From: Psychrobacter cryohalolentis K5
GTDB lineage: Bacteria > Pseudomonadota > Gammaproteobacteria > Pseudomonadales > Moraxellaceae
Direction of reading: 5' to 3'
Assembly (NCBI RefSeq): GCF_000013905.1
Contig: NC_007969.1
Span: forward strand, 3,000,001 to 3,032,000
DNA length: 32,000 nt
Position 1 is the first letter of the stretch. Each line of letters starts with the position of its first letter. The position numbers and the translations under genes were made by a program. Of the stretch, positions 17,184-27,355 are shown in pieces. The notes below the pieces were generated by a model, which was not told the DNA's origin, did not search any database, and was given only the letters and a program-made list of their open reading frames with translations.

Positions 17184-17828
17184 TTAAATATCCCAGTCTA
17201 CAAAATTCTTTAATAGCTGCAAACCTGCGGTATGGCTTTTTTCTGGATGGAACTGGGTGGCAAATAAATTATCTTGCAAGATACTGGCACAAAACGGCTG
17301 ACCATAATCACAAATAGCAGCCACTTGCGAGCTATCTGCTGGCTCACAGTAATAACTGTGCACAAAATAAAAATGCGCCTTGTCTTCGATACCACTCCAC
17401 AATGGATGCTCAAAATCCATGCCACTAATAGTATTCCAGCCCATATGCGGTACTTTTATTTGTACCCCTTTTTCATCTTTCCATGCCGGATCAAAAGCGG
17501 GTACCGTGCCATCTAAGATGCTCAAACAAGGCGTGCCACCATTTTCAGCAGACTGCTCAAATAACGCCTGCATGCCAACACAGATAGCCATAACAGGCTT
17601 ATTAAATATCGCCTGACGTATGACCTCGTCAATACCTGCCGCATGCATGCCAGCGATACAATCACGCATAGCACCGACGCCTGGGAAGAAAATCTTATCT
17701 GCTGCCGCCACGACTTTTGGGTCATTGGTGATAGAGACTTCTGCCCCGACCGCTGATAATGCTTTGCTGGCTGAGTGCAAGTTACCCATACCATAATCTA
17801 ATAGTGCAATTTTTGTGGCACGACTCAT
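17184..17828 (-). CDS. hisH: Imidazole glycerol phosphate synthase, glutamine amidotransferase subunit
   Basis: Class-I GATase with the active-site context AICVGMQ and FVHSY / QFHPEKS motifs. Abuts hisB. Confidence 0.93.
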   Translation of the reverse strand: MSRATKIALLDYGMGNLHSASKALSAVGAEVSITNDPKVVAAADKIFFPGVGAMRDCIAGMHAAGIDEVIRQAIFNKPVMAICVGMQALFEQSAENGGTPCLSILDGTVPAFDPAWKDEKGVQIKVPHMGWNTISGMDFEHPLWSGIEDKAHFYFVHSYYCEPADSSQVAAICDYGQPFCASILQDNLFATQFHPEKSHTAGLQLLKNFVDWDI

Positions 17829-18503
17829 CTAAAACGCCTCTTTGGTCGATGGCAAGGTATTTAGCGCACGTTCATCGTATTCACACGCCATACGTAGCGC
17901 ACGAGCAAAGGCTTTAAAGGTAGATTCGATTTGATGATGACTGTTTTTGCCTTTTAGATTATCTAAATGCACGGTCATCCACGAATGATTCACAAAACCA
18001 TAGAAGAATTCGCTAAATAAATCGACATCAAAAGTGCCGACATGCGAGCGCGTAAAGGGAATATCCATATGCAGACCTGGACGACCAGATAAATCAACAA
18101 CCGCACGCGTCAATGCTTCGTCTAGTGGCGCGTAAAAATGCCCATAACGACGGATACCTTTTTTATCACCTAATGCTTTGTTAAATGCTTGACCAAGCGT
18201 AATGCCTGTATCTTCAACACTGTGGTGATCATCGATGAAAGTATCACCGGTACATTTGATGTCTAAGTCAAACAAACCGTGACGCTTGATTTGGTCAATC
18301 ATATGATCCAAAAACGGGACGCCAGTGTCCACAGTACCTTGCCCTGTACCATCAAGATTGACCGTACAGGTCACTTGGGTCTCAGCAGTAATACGCTCAA
18401 CAGTCGCGATACGTTCAGGGCGACCATGTAAATTTAGTTTTTGCGTAGGATCTTGCTCAGCTGTATTGGGTATATTGGCTGTCGTCGTTAAATTGGCGGT
18501 CAT
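17829..18503 (-). CDS. hisB: Imidazoleglycerol-phosphate dehydratase
   Basis: IGPD motifs [14 protein letters not shown] and [15 protein letters not shown]. It has an N-terminal extension of about 30 aa. Confidence 0.93.
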   Translation of the reverse strand: MTANLTTTANIPNTAEQDPTQKLNLHGRPERIATVERITAETQVTCTVNLDGTGQGTVDTGVPFLDHMIDQIKRHGLFDLDIKCTGDTFIDDHHSVEDTGITLGQAFNKALGDKKGIRRYGHFYAPLDEALTRAVVDLSGRPGLHMDIPFTRSHVGTFDVDLFSEFFYGFVNHSWMTVHLDNLKGKNSHHQIESTFKAFARALRMACEYDERALNTLPSTKEAF

Positions 18504-18839
18504 GGCTACTCTCTATAAATGAAAAGCGGTCAATAAAATAGGGCGAAAAATGCCCAATATATTCTTACTAGCGTCTAAAATAGATAATAAAACAATCAGG
18601 CTAAAAATAAGTTCAATGCTTATTCAAAAAGCCTGTTCAACAAGCCAAAATATGAGGCTTGATGCACACAGAACCTTGTCTATCTTCATCATAGCAAACC
18701 CTACCATTTACTGCCATGACCAAGCAGTAAACCACGCACAAAATTCTCGTATTCTGCTAAAATAATAGCTTCAGTTTTATCAATCGTCACCTTTGCTGAT
18801 TCTATTATGCCTTGCTGTATTAAATTATAGGAATTGAAC

Positions 18840-19262
18840 ATGCCTTTAGAAGCCATTGCCATCAATAGTTTGGATGCGCCACTCATCAAAAAGCCTACTC
18901 GTGAAAACGAATTAGCCGAGCGCTTAGAGGCGCTCTATGACACCGATGATAGCCAGCCTGATGGTGCTGACGTATTGGCTATTATTGAGCAAGGTTTTAA
19001 ACGTGGTCAAACGCTGTATGTCGGTATGTTTAATGACAAGCCTATCGCCGCAGTTGCTTGCTTTGATGATGGGCAGACCGATGCCAAACGCTTGCAGTAT
19101 CTCACCGTACATCTGCAAAATCGCGGTCGTGCGATTGATGCTAAGTTTATCAAACTGGTTTATGATGCTGAAGTCAAAAAAGGCGTGCGTGCATTTGTTG
19201 CGGTTGATGCCGAGATTCATCGTATTATGACTGAATACGAGCTACTACGCGTCAAGGATTAA
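18840..19262 (+). CDS. Small GNAT-fold protein, PanM/PanZ-like (tentative)
   Basis: About 140 aa. The central block ...LYVGMFNDKPIAAVACFDDG...LQYLTVHLQNRGRAID resembles the PanZ/GNAT core from memory only. The start is moved to ATG 18840 (AGGA RBS). The ORF-track start at 18834 is TTG. Confidence 0.4.
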   Translation: MPLEAIAINSLDAPLIKKPTRENELAERLEALYDTDDSQPDGADVLAIIEQGFKRGQTLYVGMFNDKPIAAVACFDDGQTDAKRLQYLTVHLQNRGRAIDAKFIKLVYDAEVKKGVRAFVAVDAEIHRIMTEYELLRVKD

Positions 19263-19338
19263 TTTTAGCCTAAATAGGCTTATTTCGATGACTCGTTCAT
19301 TATTTTTGCCCTTTTATTACATATAATGCAAAAACCTC

Positions 19339-19367
19339 TTGACAGTAAGCGCTATATTTAGTTTAAT
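19339..19367 (+). promoter_or_regulatory. Sigma70-type promoter for tRNA-Phe
   Basis: TTGACA (19339-19344), a 17-bp spacer, then TTTAAT (19362-19367), about 17 nt upstream of the tRNA 5' end. Confidence 0.55.
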
Positions 19368-19384
19368 AGCGCCTCAACGAAGAC

Positions 19385-19460
19385 GGCTCGATAGCTCAGT
19401 CGGTAGAGCAACGGATTGAAAATCCGTGTGTCGGCAGTTCGAACCTGCCTCGAGCCACCA
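19385..19460 (+). tRNA. tRNA-Phe (anticodon GAA), CCA encoded
   Basis: 76-nt cloverleaf folded by hand: acceptor GGCTCGA/TCGAGCC, D-arm GCTC/GAGC, anticodon stem ACGGA/TCCGT with loop TTGAAAA, T-arm GGCAG-TTCGAAC-CTGCC, 3' ACCA. Confidence 0.95.
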
Positions 19461-19476
19461 TTCGTTTAAGTATTCT

Positions 19477-19512
19477 AAAAAGCCTCAAACATCACTGTTT
19501 GAGGCTTTTTTT
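19477..19512 (+). terminator. Rho-independent terminator after tRNA-Phe
   Basis: The agcctcaaac / gtttgaggct stem is followed by T6. Confidence 0.8.
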
Positions 19513-19638
19513 ATGCCTGCAATCATGACTCACTTCTATTGATGCTCACTTTCACCGATCTATAACATATCTATGCTACATTTGAATCGTGTAGTCTCTT
19601 TATACTAAGGCATCTATGGATAGCCGATAGGTAAGATA

Positions 19639-20139
19639 ATGAGAGAATTTGATTATGACTTGGATTATAAAAATTTAGATTTGCGCGCGCAGCCTGAGCT
19701 GTACCGTGTCGGTCGCGGTGAGCAAGGGGTGTTATTGGTAGAGCCTTATAAGTCTGAGATACTGCCGTACTGGCGCTTTGCCACCCCTGAGATTGCGCTT
19801 GAGAGTAGCGATACTATTTATCAGATGTTTTTAGATTATCTAGCAGCCCATGACTTTGTAGGCGCTGATATGGCACGCAAATTTATTCAAATGGGTTTTA
19901 CCCGTGCCCGCCGCTATGCCAATCATAAAGGCGGTAAAAAGTATAAAGGGGCGGTCCCTGATGATAAAAAAGGTCAAAGCGGCGCGCATGGTCGCGAAGA
20001 GTTACCACGACAAATCGAAGACCCTATCAAAGCAGAGTCTGCACGTATTTTTAAGGAAAAATGGGATTTATGCCGTGAAAATAAAGATTATTTAGCGATG
20101 AAAGCTGAACACCGTGAGCGCTATAAAGATATTGAATAG
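19639..20139 (+). CDS. DUF4385-family protein
   Basis: 166-aa ORF. The N-terminal block YDLDYKNLDLRAQPELYRVGRGEQGVLLVEPYKSEILPYWRF matches my recollection of DUF4385. Confidence 0.6.
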   Translation: MREFDYDLDYKNLDLRAQPELYRVGRGEQGVLLVEPYKSEILPYWRFATPEIALESSDTIYQMFLDYLAAHDFVGADMARKFIQMGFTRARRYANHKGGKKYKGAVPDDKKGQSGAHGREELPRQIEDPIKAESARIFKEKWDLCRENKDYLAMKAEHRERYKDIE

Positions 20140-20235
20140 GATAGCAAAATTAAGGCTTACTGGTTTCTTATGCTATGGTAATCAACATTAACCGAATATC
20201 AATAAAAAATACAGCACTTTTAACGGGTAGAAATA

Positions 20236-20913
20236 ATGGATAAGCAACTTTTAATTTTTGATTTTGATGGTACCCTTATTGATAGCGTGCCAGATTTGGC
20301 GGATGCGACCAATGCGATGCTGACTACCCTTGGCAAAACGCCCTATCCTCTCAATAGCATTCGTAACTGGGTCGGTAATGGCTCAAGAATGCTTGTTGAG
20401 CGCGCCTTGGTTGGTAAGATAGAGGTTTTAGAGGGTGAATTAGCCAAAGAAGCCGTCGACCATGCTGAGCAAGTATTTTTCGATGCTTATAAAAATATCA
20501 GTGGCAGCAAAACTGTCGCTTACCCCGATGTTGATAGTGGGCTCAGAAAGCTACAAGCAGCAGGATATGAGCTGGCATTGGTCACCAATAAGCCGATTCG
20601 TTTTGTACCAAAAATACTGCAAGCCTTTGGCTGGCAAGACATCTTTAGCGAAGTGCTTGGCGGTGATAGCTTGTCTAGCAAAAAACCAGACCCCGCGCCG
20701 TTATTACATGTCTGTGAGACGTTGAATGTTACTCCAAAACAAGCGGTCATGATTGGTGATTCAAGAAATGATATCTTAGCGGGACAAAATGCCAATATGG
20801 ACACGCTCGCATTGTCTTATGGTTATAACTATGGGCAAGATATTCGTGAGCTTAATCCTACGGCAGCCTTCGATGATTTTAGCGCTTTGGTGGACTATTT
20901 ATTAAAGAGTTAG
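20236..20913 (+). CDS. gph: Phosphoglycolate phosphatase (HAD superfamily)
   Basis: HAD motifs FDFDGTLIDS, VTNK, and KKPDP...GDSRNDI. Confidence 0.85.
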   Translation: MDKQLLIFDFDGTLIDSVPDLADATNAMLTTLGKTPYPLNSIRNWVGNGSRMLVERALVGKIEVLEGELAKEAVDHAEQVFFDAYKNISGSKTVAYPDVDSGLRKLQAAGYELALVTNKPIRFVPKILQAFGWQDIFSEVLGGDSLSSKKPDPAPLLHVCETLNVTPKQAVMIGDSRNDILAGQNANMDTLALSYGYNYGQDIRELNPTAAFDDFSALVDYLLKS

Positions 20914-20962
20914 CCTGCAAATATAGTCAGTCTTAAATAAAAGAAGTACAAAAATTATAAGA

Positions 20963-21036
20963 TGCTACTGGTATCAATTTTTCTTGCTTACTGTGCCTAC
21001 GCAGACAGAGGCTGCGAATAATTAATCCCAGTAGCA
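20963..21036. repeat. Hairpin-forming intergenic repeat, copy 2
   Basis: Core 20968-21006 matches 4299-4337 at 34 of 39 positions. The terminal arms tgctactgg (20963-20971) and ccagtagca (21028-21036) are complementary. Confidence 0.6.
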
Positions 21037-21083
21037 CTGTATTCTTTTAAAAGTGTATCTACTATAATTGGATCTTAAAACTA

Positions 21084-22634
21084 TCATTTACTACGATAAC
21101 TGAGCGCTTCAGATACATGGGCGCTCGTGATATCCGCGCTGTCCGCCAAATCAGCAATAGTTCGTGCAACGCGTAGTACCCTATGGTAGCCACGAGCAGA
21201 TAAATTAAGGCGCTGCTGGGCGAGCTGTAATAGCTGCTGCTCGCCCGCCCCTAGCTGAATATATTTATCAATTTCACTAGGACTCAGCTCATTATTGACC
21301 TTGTTCTGTCGTATTAATTGGCGATTATGTGCTGCCGATACTCGAGTACGTACTTGCTCGGAGGTTTCTCCCGCTTGAGCGTTTTGCAAATCCGCAATCG
21401 GTAATGCTGGTACGGTAATATGTAAATCAATACGATCAAGTAGTGGTCCTGATAATTTATCTTGATAGCGTTTAATCTGCTCAGCTCTGCAACGACACCG
21501 CCCTGAGCCATCACCATCATAGCCACACGGGCACGGGTTCATCGCCGCCACCAGTTGAAAATTTGCTGGAAAGGTCATCTGTGAGTTGGCACGGCTAATA
21601 GTGATTTGTTTTGCCTCTAGTGGTTGGCGCAGTACCTCTAACACCGTACGATCAAATTCAGGCAACTCATCAAGGAATAGTACGCCCTTATTGGCAAGGG
21701 TAATCTCACCCGGTTTGGGACGTGAACCGCCACCGACCAATGCCACCGCTGATATGGTGTGATGAACTTGTCTAAAAGGTCGTGTGCCATAATCATAATC
21801 ACTATCGGCAACCGAATACGTACTGGCAACCTCTAGCGCATCTTCTGCACTCAAATCTGGCAAAATAGTTGGCAGGCGTGACGCCATCAAGGTCTTACCT
21901 GAACCCGGTGGTCCTGTAAGTAACAATGAATGACCACCTGCTGCTGCAATCTCTAAGGCACGCCGTGCATGATGCTGTCCTTTTACGTCTGCCAAATCTA
22001 CTTGATAGCCTATATGCTGCTGGATTTGATTTGGCTCTACTGCCGCTAAGCGCTCATCCGAAAGACTGCTATCGGTAAGTGACTGCAAGTGATTGCATAC
22101 GGCTTTTAAATTTGTCGCTGCCAATACGGTGATGCCATCCACACGGCTAGCTTCTGCCCCATTGATGGTTGGGACAATGAGTTGCCGTGTTGACGACATC
22201 ATTTTCTCATCACCTTTTAACAGTTGCGTCGCCAATACCTCAGCTTTCATTGCTCGTGCAACCGCCAAACTACCGCTTACTTGCCGCAGCTCACCATTGA
22301 GCGCCAACTCCCCAATAAACTCAAACCCTGACAATACCGTTGGATCCAACTGATCACTGGCTGCCAAAATACCGATAGCAATCGGTAAATCAAGGCGAGC
22401 ACCATCCTTTGGTAAATCGGCGGGTGCTAAATTAATCGTCAAACGTCTATTAGGAAACTGAAATCCAGAATTGAGTATCGCTGAGCGCACTCTATCCTTG
22501 CTCTCACGTACCGCCGCTTCAGGCAAACCAACAATGGTCAATGCTGGCAGTCCTTGCGACAAATGCACTTCAATGATGACCTCAGGTGCGTGCAGCCCGA
22601 CGACCGAGCGGGTATAGACTTGAGCAAACGACAT
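21084..22634 (-). CDS. comM: YifB/ComM family Mg-chelatase-like AAA+ ATPase (competence helicase)
   Basis: N-terminal Lon-like domain, Walker A GPPGSGKT, Walker B VLFLDELPEF, Cys cluster NPCPCGYDGDGSGRCRC. The gene is full length and uninterrupted. Confidence 0.92.
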   Translation of the reverse strand: MSFAQVYTRSVVGLHAPEVIIEVHLSQGLPALTIVGLPEAAVRESKDRVRSAILNSGFQFPNRRLTINLAPADLPKDGARLDLPIAIGILAASDQLDPTVLSGFEFIGELALNGELRQVSGSLAVARAMKAEVLATQLLKGDEKMMSSTRQLIVPTINGAEASRVDGITVLAATNLKAVCNHLQSLTDSSLSDERLAAVEPNQIQQHIGYQVDLADVKGQHHARRALEIAAAGGHSLLLTGPPGSGKTLMASRLPTILPDLSAEDALEVASTYSVADSDYDYGTRPFRQVHHTISAVALVGGGSRPKPGEITLANKGVLFLDELPEFDRTVLEVLRQPLEAKQITISRANSQMTFPANFQLVAAMNPCPCGYDGDGSGRCRCRAEQIKRYQDKLSGPLLDRIDLHITVPALPIADLQNAQAGETSEQVRTRVSAAHNRQLIRQNKVNNELSPSEIDKYIQLGAGEQQLLQLAQQRLNLSARGYHRVLRVARTIADLADSADITSAHVSEALSYRSK

Positions 22635-22968
22635 AAGCCTTTCCTATAGAGAGATTGATCGATCATAGAGGATTATTAATAAGTGCGCAAATGTTGCGTA
22701 TTTATTTGTTTGGTTTATTCACTAGCGTAGACGTTTGAAATTGTTATATGATTGAGAAATGCTTTTTGTTTATCATATTCATCAAATTTCTATAGGTTTT
22801 AAGTACATTTTGATGTTTTAACTGACATCACGATTAACCATTGAAAAGCCTGACGGTTAATAAACCTAAACAATAAAAAAGCATGAGCAATAAAAGGAAT
22901 TTATTGATCGTTTAAAGCATGTTGAATGATTTTCTGCTACATCTTTAAATAACACCAATTAACCATGG

Positions 22969-25440
22969 ATGGGTAAGCTTATGAGCATCAAAGTGCTTAA
23001 TCGGCGTGTGTACACGCTTACGTTATTAACGGCGGCAGTCTCATTGGGATTGTCTGGTTGTTCGGATAGTGACAATCTTAGTAGCAATGGAAATACTAAT
23101 GACACCTATGCAGTGGATATCCAGCGCACTGAGTTTGGTATCCCGCATATCACCGCTAAAGACTATAAGGGCTTGGGCTACGGTGTAGGTTATGCCTTTG
23201 CCGAAGATAATTTTTGTTCGCTAGCGCGTGAAGTTGTCGTTGCTAGAGGTGAAAGCTTGCTTTATTTAGGGGCTCAAGGCAACGAAGGAAGCGACGTTTT
23301 TTACACCTGGTATAACACCCCCGCCAGGCGTGCTGAATTTTTAGCAGCGCAAGACCCTGAAACTATCGATGCAGTCACAGGCTATGCTGCAGGCTTTAGC
23401 CGTTATCTACGTGATACAGGTGTGGCTAACATTGATCCTGCTTGTGCCAATGCCGAATGGGTACGTGAGATCACGCTAGATGATTTGTTGACGGTTTATG
23501 GCAAAGCCAACTTACGTGGTGGACTCTCTAACTTCGTCAGACAAATCGTAGACACAGCTCCCCCAGTGTCAGGTATCGTCATGGGTAGCTCTAGAATGAG
23601 TAGCCCTGAACCTATAGCAGAGTCGGTTGAAAAATTCGATATGACGACTATTAATGTATTAGATGGGGGTAGTAACGCTTATGCCTTTGGTAGTGAAGTA
23701 ACAGGTACTGATAGTGGCGTGATGTATGGCAATCCGCATGAACCATGGGAAGGCGTACAGCGTTTTTATGAGTTTCATACCACAATACCAGGTGAGCTTG
23801 ACGTGATGGGTTCAGCTCAGCAAGGGCAACCTTTTATCAATATCGGCTTTAATAAAGACGTGGCTTGGAGCCATACGGTATCGACTGCTAAGCGCTTTAC
23901 GCTTTATCAGCTTAGTCTAGTCAAAGGTAATCCTTTTAAATACAACTATGTCAACAGCGCAGGCATGGTTGAACAACGTGACATTGAAACGGTTCCAGTC
24001 ACTATTAAGATGCCAAACAATCAAACAATGACTCGAAACATATATGTTTCACAATATGGACCAATCTTAAACGCTAAACTACTTAATCCTAATTTACCAG
24101 CATGGGGTGATGCTAATAACGTCGTTTATACTATCCGTGACGCGGCTTCTGAAAATCCAAGAGCACTTAATCAGTGGCGTAGTATGAATATGGCCACTAG
24201 CGTTGAGGATCTCGTCGATAGAATGCAAAACATTCTAGGCCTAGGGTTTGTCAATACCATTGCTACTGATCGTAACGGTAAAGCGCTTTATGCTGATATT
24301 TCAACCGTACCTAATGTCACTAGAGAAAAGCTAGCAGCCTGTAGTGCTAACGCTGGAGCTGCTCTTCCTCTGCTGATTGCCTCAGACTTACCTGCACTTA
24401 ATGGTAGTACTGCTGCCTGTGAATGGGGTAATGATGCTGACTCTCCGCAAGCGGGGATTTTTGGTGGTTCAAACTTACCATTCATAATACGTGATGATTA
24501 TGCCCTTAATTCTAACGACAGTTATTGGCTCAGTAATGCAAAACAACCATTAACTGGATTCTCACCACTACTACAACGTAATTTAGTGTCTTTCGCTGGA
24601 GTATCAACTCCTGAAGCCACTCCATTGTCATTGCGGACTCGCATGGCGTTTACGCAAATCTTGGATCGATTAGATAATAAAGATGGTTTAGGTGGTACTA
24701 CTTTTAACATAAAAAATATGGAAGAAGTTGTCTATGGCAATCGTAGTTATGCGGCTGAACTGGTTCTCAATGATGTAATAGCTAATTGTAAAGAATTTCC
24801 TATATTACCTCTGACTGGCGGTAGTACCATCGATGCCACTCAAGCATGTAATATCTTAGCTACTTGGGATCGTCGTAATAATCTTGATAGCAAAGGCGCT
24901 CATATCTTTAGAAAATTTTGGACCAACCTTCGTGTTAGTGGACTTAATAATGCAGGATTCAGAACTCCTTTTAACGAAGCCGATCCAGTGAATACACCAC
25001 GTGATCTAATCATTAATGAGAACACGCGTAGAGCATTAGGTGACTCAATTGCTTACTTTAACAGTAAAAATATCGCGCTTGATGCCCCATTAGGCAGCTT
25101 GCAATTCGTTATTGATGCAGGCAAAAACGGTGAGAAAATTCCTATGCATGGTGGCTTTGGTCCTGAAGGCGTTTTCAACGTCGCAAGCTCAAGTCAAAAC
25201 AGCGATGGCACTTATGGTCCAGTGACCAATGGTCCAACTTATATGCAATCAGTAACGTTTGATAGTAAAGGCCCTGTCGTTGAAGCACTGCTAGCCTTCT
25301 CGCAAGCTGGTGATACGACTCGTCCTTTCCATCGTGATCAGACCCGTCGTTATTCTGCTAAAGACTGGATTCGTCTGCCTTTTAGCGCTGGTGAAATATC
25401 TAAGCAAGCCATTGGCAATAAGATTCAATTAAGAGAATAA
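22969..25440 (+). CDS. Penicillin/acyl-homoserine-lactone acylase family Ntn-hydrolase, lipoprotein
   Basis: Lipobox LSGCSD, a GGSNAYAFG site (the expected autoprocessing Ser nucleophile), about 820 aa overall. The start could instead be ATG 22981. Confidence 0.8.
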   Translation: MGKLMSIKVLNRRVYTLTLLTAAVSLGLSGCSDSDNLSSNGNTNDTYAVDIQRTEFGIPHITAKDYKGLGYGVGYAFAEDNFCSLAREVVVARGESLLYLGAQGNEGSDVFYTWYNTPARRAEFLAAQDPETIDAVTGYAAGFSRYLRDTGVANIDPACANAEWVREITLDDLLTVYGKANLRGGLSNFVRQIVDTAPPVSGIVMGSSRMSSPEPIAESVEKFDMTTINVLDGGSNAYAFGSEVTGTDSGVMYGNPHEPWEGVQRFYEFHTTIPGELDVMGSAQQGQPFINIGFNKDVAWSHTVSTAKRFTLYQLSLVKGNPFKYNYVNSAGMVEQRDIETVPVTIKMPNNQTMTRNIYVSQYGPILNAKLLNPNLPAWGDANNVVYTIRDAASENPRALNQWRSMNMATSVEDLVDRMQNILGLGFVNTIATDRNGKALYADISTVPNVTREKLAACSANAGAALPLLIASDLPALNGSTAACEWGNDADSPQAGIFGGSNLPFIIRDDYALNSNDSYWLSNAKQPLTGFSPLLQRNLVSFAGVSTPEATPLSLRTRMAFTQILDRLDNKDGLGGTTFNIKNMEEVVYGNRSYAAELVLNDVIANCKEFPILPLTGGSTIDATQACNILATWDRRNNLDSKGAHIFRKFWTNLRVSGLNNAGFRTPFNEADPVNTPRDLIINENTRRALGDSIAYFNSKNIALDAPLGSLQFVIDAGKNGEKIPMHGGFGPEGVFNVASSSQNSDGTYGPVTNGPTYMQSVTFDSKGPVVEALLAFSQAGDTTRPFHRDQTRRYSAKDWIRLPFSAGEISKQAIGNKIQLRE

Positions 25441-25467
25441 AATTAGCGTAATATTTGATAGTAATAG

Positions 25468-25501
25468 AAAAGACTTTAGGACAATCCTAGAGTCTTTTTT
25501 T
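25468..25501 (+). terminator. Rho-independent terminator after the acylase gene
   Basis: The aagactttagg / cctagagtctt stem (one mismatch) is followed by T8. Confidence 0.65.
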
Positions 25502-25713
25502 CATCACCTAACTATACAACTTTATAGCTATGTGATTAGCGTCGCTGTATAACTAACCTCGCTGTCCATGACACTATAAGCTGTGATTTGTTATACTAGT
25601 CATTACTTATTTCAATCGTTTTTTATTAGCTTTCGTAAGAAATACAGCTATTAGCAAAGCCATAAATGTCTTATTCAAAATAGCGATCGATACAGTCAAA
25701 CGAGGAATCTCGC

Positions 25714-27258
25714 ATGTCAGAACAAGTTGATATCAATAGCACACCTGAACACGCCATCAATGCGAGCGATCAGCCCACTACAGTGCGTCCTGTTATGCAA
25801 CCGGACAATCCCTATGCCAGTACTCGTGGCAGCATCACCAGCAAACAGCTGCCAGCATTCGATCAAGATATCATTAATAAGTATAATCGTTCGGGACCAC
25901 GCTATACCTCTTACCCAACTGCTTTAGAGTTTTCATCGATACCAGAAGGGCTTGAGACAAAAATCCTGCAAGCGCGCGAAGCTCATGCGCCGCTATCACT
26001 TTACTTCCATATCCCGTTTTGTCGCCATCTTTGCTATTACTGTGCTTGCAATAAAATCATCACCAAAAAGAATAGCGATGCAGGCGATTATTTAGCCTAT
26101 CTAATTGCTGAAATTAAACACAAACGTGGGTTATTAACGCCACCAGAAGACGGTAAAAAACCACTGGTTAAACAGCTACATTTCGGTGGTGGTACGCCAA
26201 CGTTTTTACAAGACAATGAGTTGATACAACTGTGGGAGTTTTTGCAGACCCAGTTTGAGTTTTTACCAGAAGATCAAGGTGATTACTCTATCGAAATTGA
26301 CCCGCGCGAGCTCAGTAGCGAGACCTTAAAAGTATTGCGTACTCTTGGTTTTAACCGCGTCAGCTTAGGCGTACAGGATTTAGACGAAACCGTACAAATT
26401 GCGGTCAATCGTGTGCATTCAGCAGAGCTTATTGAAAATGTATTAAATGAGGCGCGCGAATTAGGCTTTCATTCTATCAATGTCGATTTGATTTATGGCT
26501 TACCACATCAAACGCCTGAAACCTTTGATAAAACCATACGCCGTATTATCGAGATGTCGCCAGATCGCTTGTCGGTATTTAATTATGCTCATTTGCCTGA
26601 ACGCTTTAAGGCGCAGCGTCAAATCAAAGAGGACGATTTACCTACTCCATCTGATAAGTTCACGATGCTCGGTAATACCATCAATACTTTAACTGAAGCC
26701 GGTTATCAATATATTGGCATTGACCATTTTGCCAAACCTGATGATGAGCTTGCCGTCGCCCAGCGTGAGGGCAAGTTGCATCGTAATTTTCAGGGCTATA
26801 CCATCATGGGCGATTGTGATTTATTGGGCTTTGGCGTGTCTTCAATCAGTCAAATTGCCAATGCCAACAGCAGTTATATCCTACAAAACCATACTGATTT
26901 GCAAGTATATAAAGACAATATCGATGCGGCACGTAATAATCCTACCATCATGCCAGCGGTCAATGTGATTAAAACCTCTATCAAAGATCGCTTACGTGAA
27001 TACGTGATTATGAATTTACTGTGTCACGATTATATGGACTTTAGAGACATCAATCAGAAATTTGGCATCGATGCTATTACCTATTTTATTCATGAGATTC
27101 AACAGCTTGGTGAAATGCAAGAAGACCGCTTGATTGATATGGATGCTGCTGGCATTCGCGTATTACCAAGAGGTCGCTTATTGGGTCGTAATGTAGCCAT
27201 GGTATTCGATGAATATCTGGATAAAAAACATAAAGACCGCTTCTCAAAAGTTATTTAA
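25714..27258 (+). CDS. hemN: Oxygen-independent coproporphyrinogen III oxidase (radical SAM)
   Basis: YNRSGPRYTSYPTA block, radical-SAM CRHLCYYCAC, GGGTPTFL. GAGGA RBS lies 8 nt upstream. From memory, the N-terminus is about 40 aa longer than E. coli HemN. Confidence 0.92.
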   Translation: MSEQVDINSTPEHAINASDQPTTVRPVMQPDNPYASTRGSITSKQLPAFDQDIINKYNRSGPRYTSYPTALEFSSIPEGLETKILQAREAHAPLSLYFHIPFCRHLCYYCACNKIITKKNSDAGDYLAYLIAEIKHKRGLLTPPEDGKKPLVKQLHFGGGTPTFLQDNELIQLWEFLQTQFEFLPEDQGDYSIEIDPRELSSETLKVLRTLGFNRVSLGVQDLDETVQIAVNRVHSAELIENVLNEARELGFHSINVDLIYGLPHQTPETFDKTIRRIIEMSPDRLSVFNYAHLPERFKAQRQIKEDDLPTPSDKFTMLGNTINTLTEAGYQYIGIDHFAKPDDELAVAQREGKLHRNFQGYTIMGDCDLLGFGVSSISQIANANSSYILQNHTDLQVYKDNIDAARNNPTIMPAVNVIKTSIKDRLREYVIMNLLCHDYMDFRDINQKFGIDAITYFIHEIQQLGEMQEDRLIDMDAAGIRVLPRGRLLGRNVAMVFDEYLDKKHKDRFSKVI

Positions 27259-27284
27259 ATCCTTAGCCTCTAAAATATAAATAA

Positions 27285-27315
27285 TAAAAAAGACCTCGAT
27301 TGAGGTCTTTTTTTG
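27285..27315. terminator. Bidirectional terminator between hemN and the convergent phytase-like gene
   Basis: aaaaaa-agacctc-gatt-gaggtct-ttttttt. Confidence 0.75.
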
Positions 27316-27355
27316 GTTAGTGATAAATGTAATGTCTTATTATTAGAGACCGTTT

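Noticed and set aside
17210-17794. Cluster of ORFs (60-90 aa) overlapping hisH on both strands
   Set aside because: They are all nested in or antisense to a well-supported hisH frame. The same applies to the other nested ORFs in the track: 313-685, 2299-2490, 4635-5502, 6505-7097, 9740-11881, 12867-13348, 13744-15089, 15356-16202, 21314-22353, 24288-24710, 25727-26968, 27840-28230, 29674-30328 and 31735-31926.
18550-18889. ORFs 18550-18765 (+) and 18701-18889 (-) in the hisB / GNAT-like divergent spacer
   Set aside because: They overlap each other, lie in AT-rich promoter DNA, lack RBS support, and have atypical composition. They are most likely spurious.
19385-20913. tRNA-Phe as the anchor of a genomic island
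   Set aside because: tRNA-Phe genes are classic integration sites. However, no integrase, direct repeat of the tRNA 3' end, or compositional shift follows. The downstream genes (DUF4385, gph) look native.
21084-22634. comM as an interrupted island-integration hotspot (as with AbaR islands in Acinetobacter)
   Set aside because: The ORF is full length (516 aa) with all motifs contiguous, so there is no insertion.
25441-25713. FNR/ANR box (TTGAT-N4-ATCAA) upstream of hemN
   Set aside because: Only half-site-like fragments (for example TTGATagtaATAGA at about 25455) are present, with no convincing palindrome. I cannot claim anaerobic regulation from the sequence.
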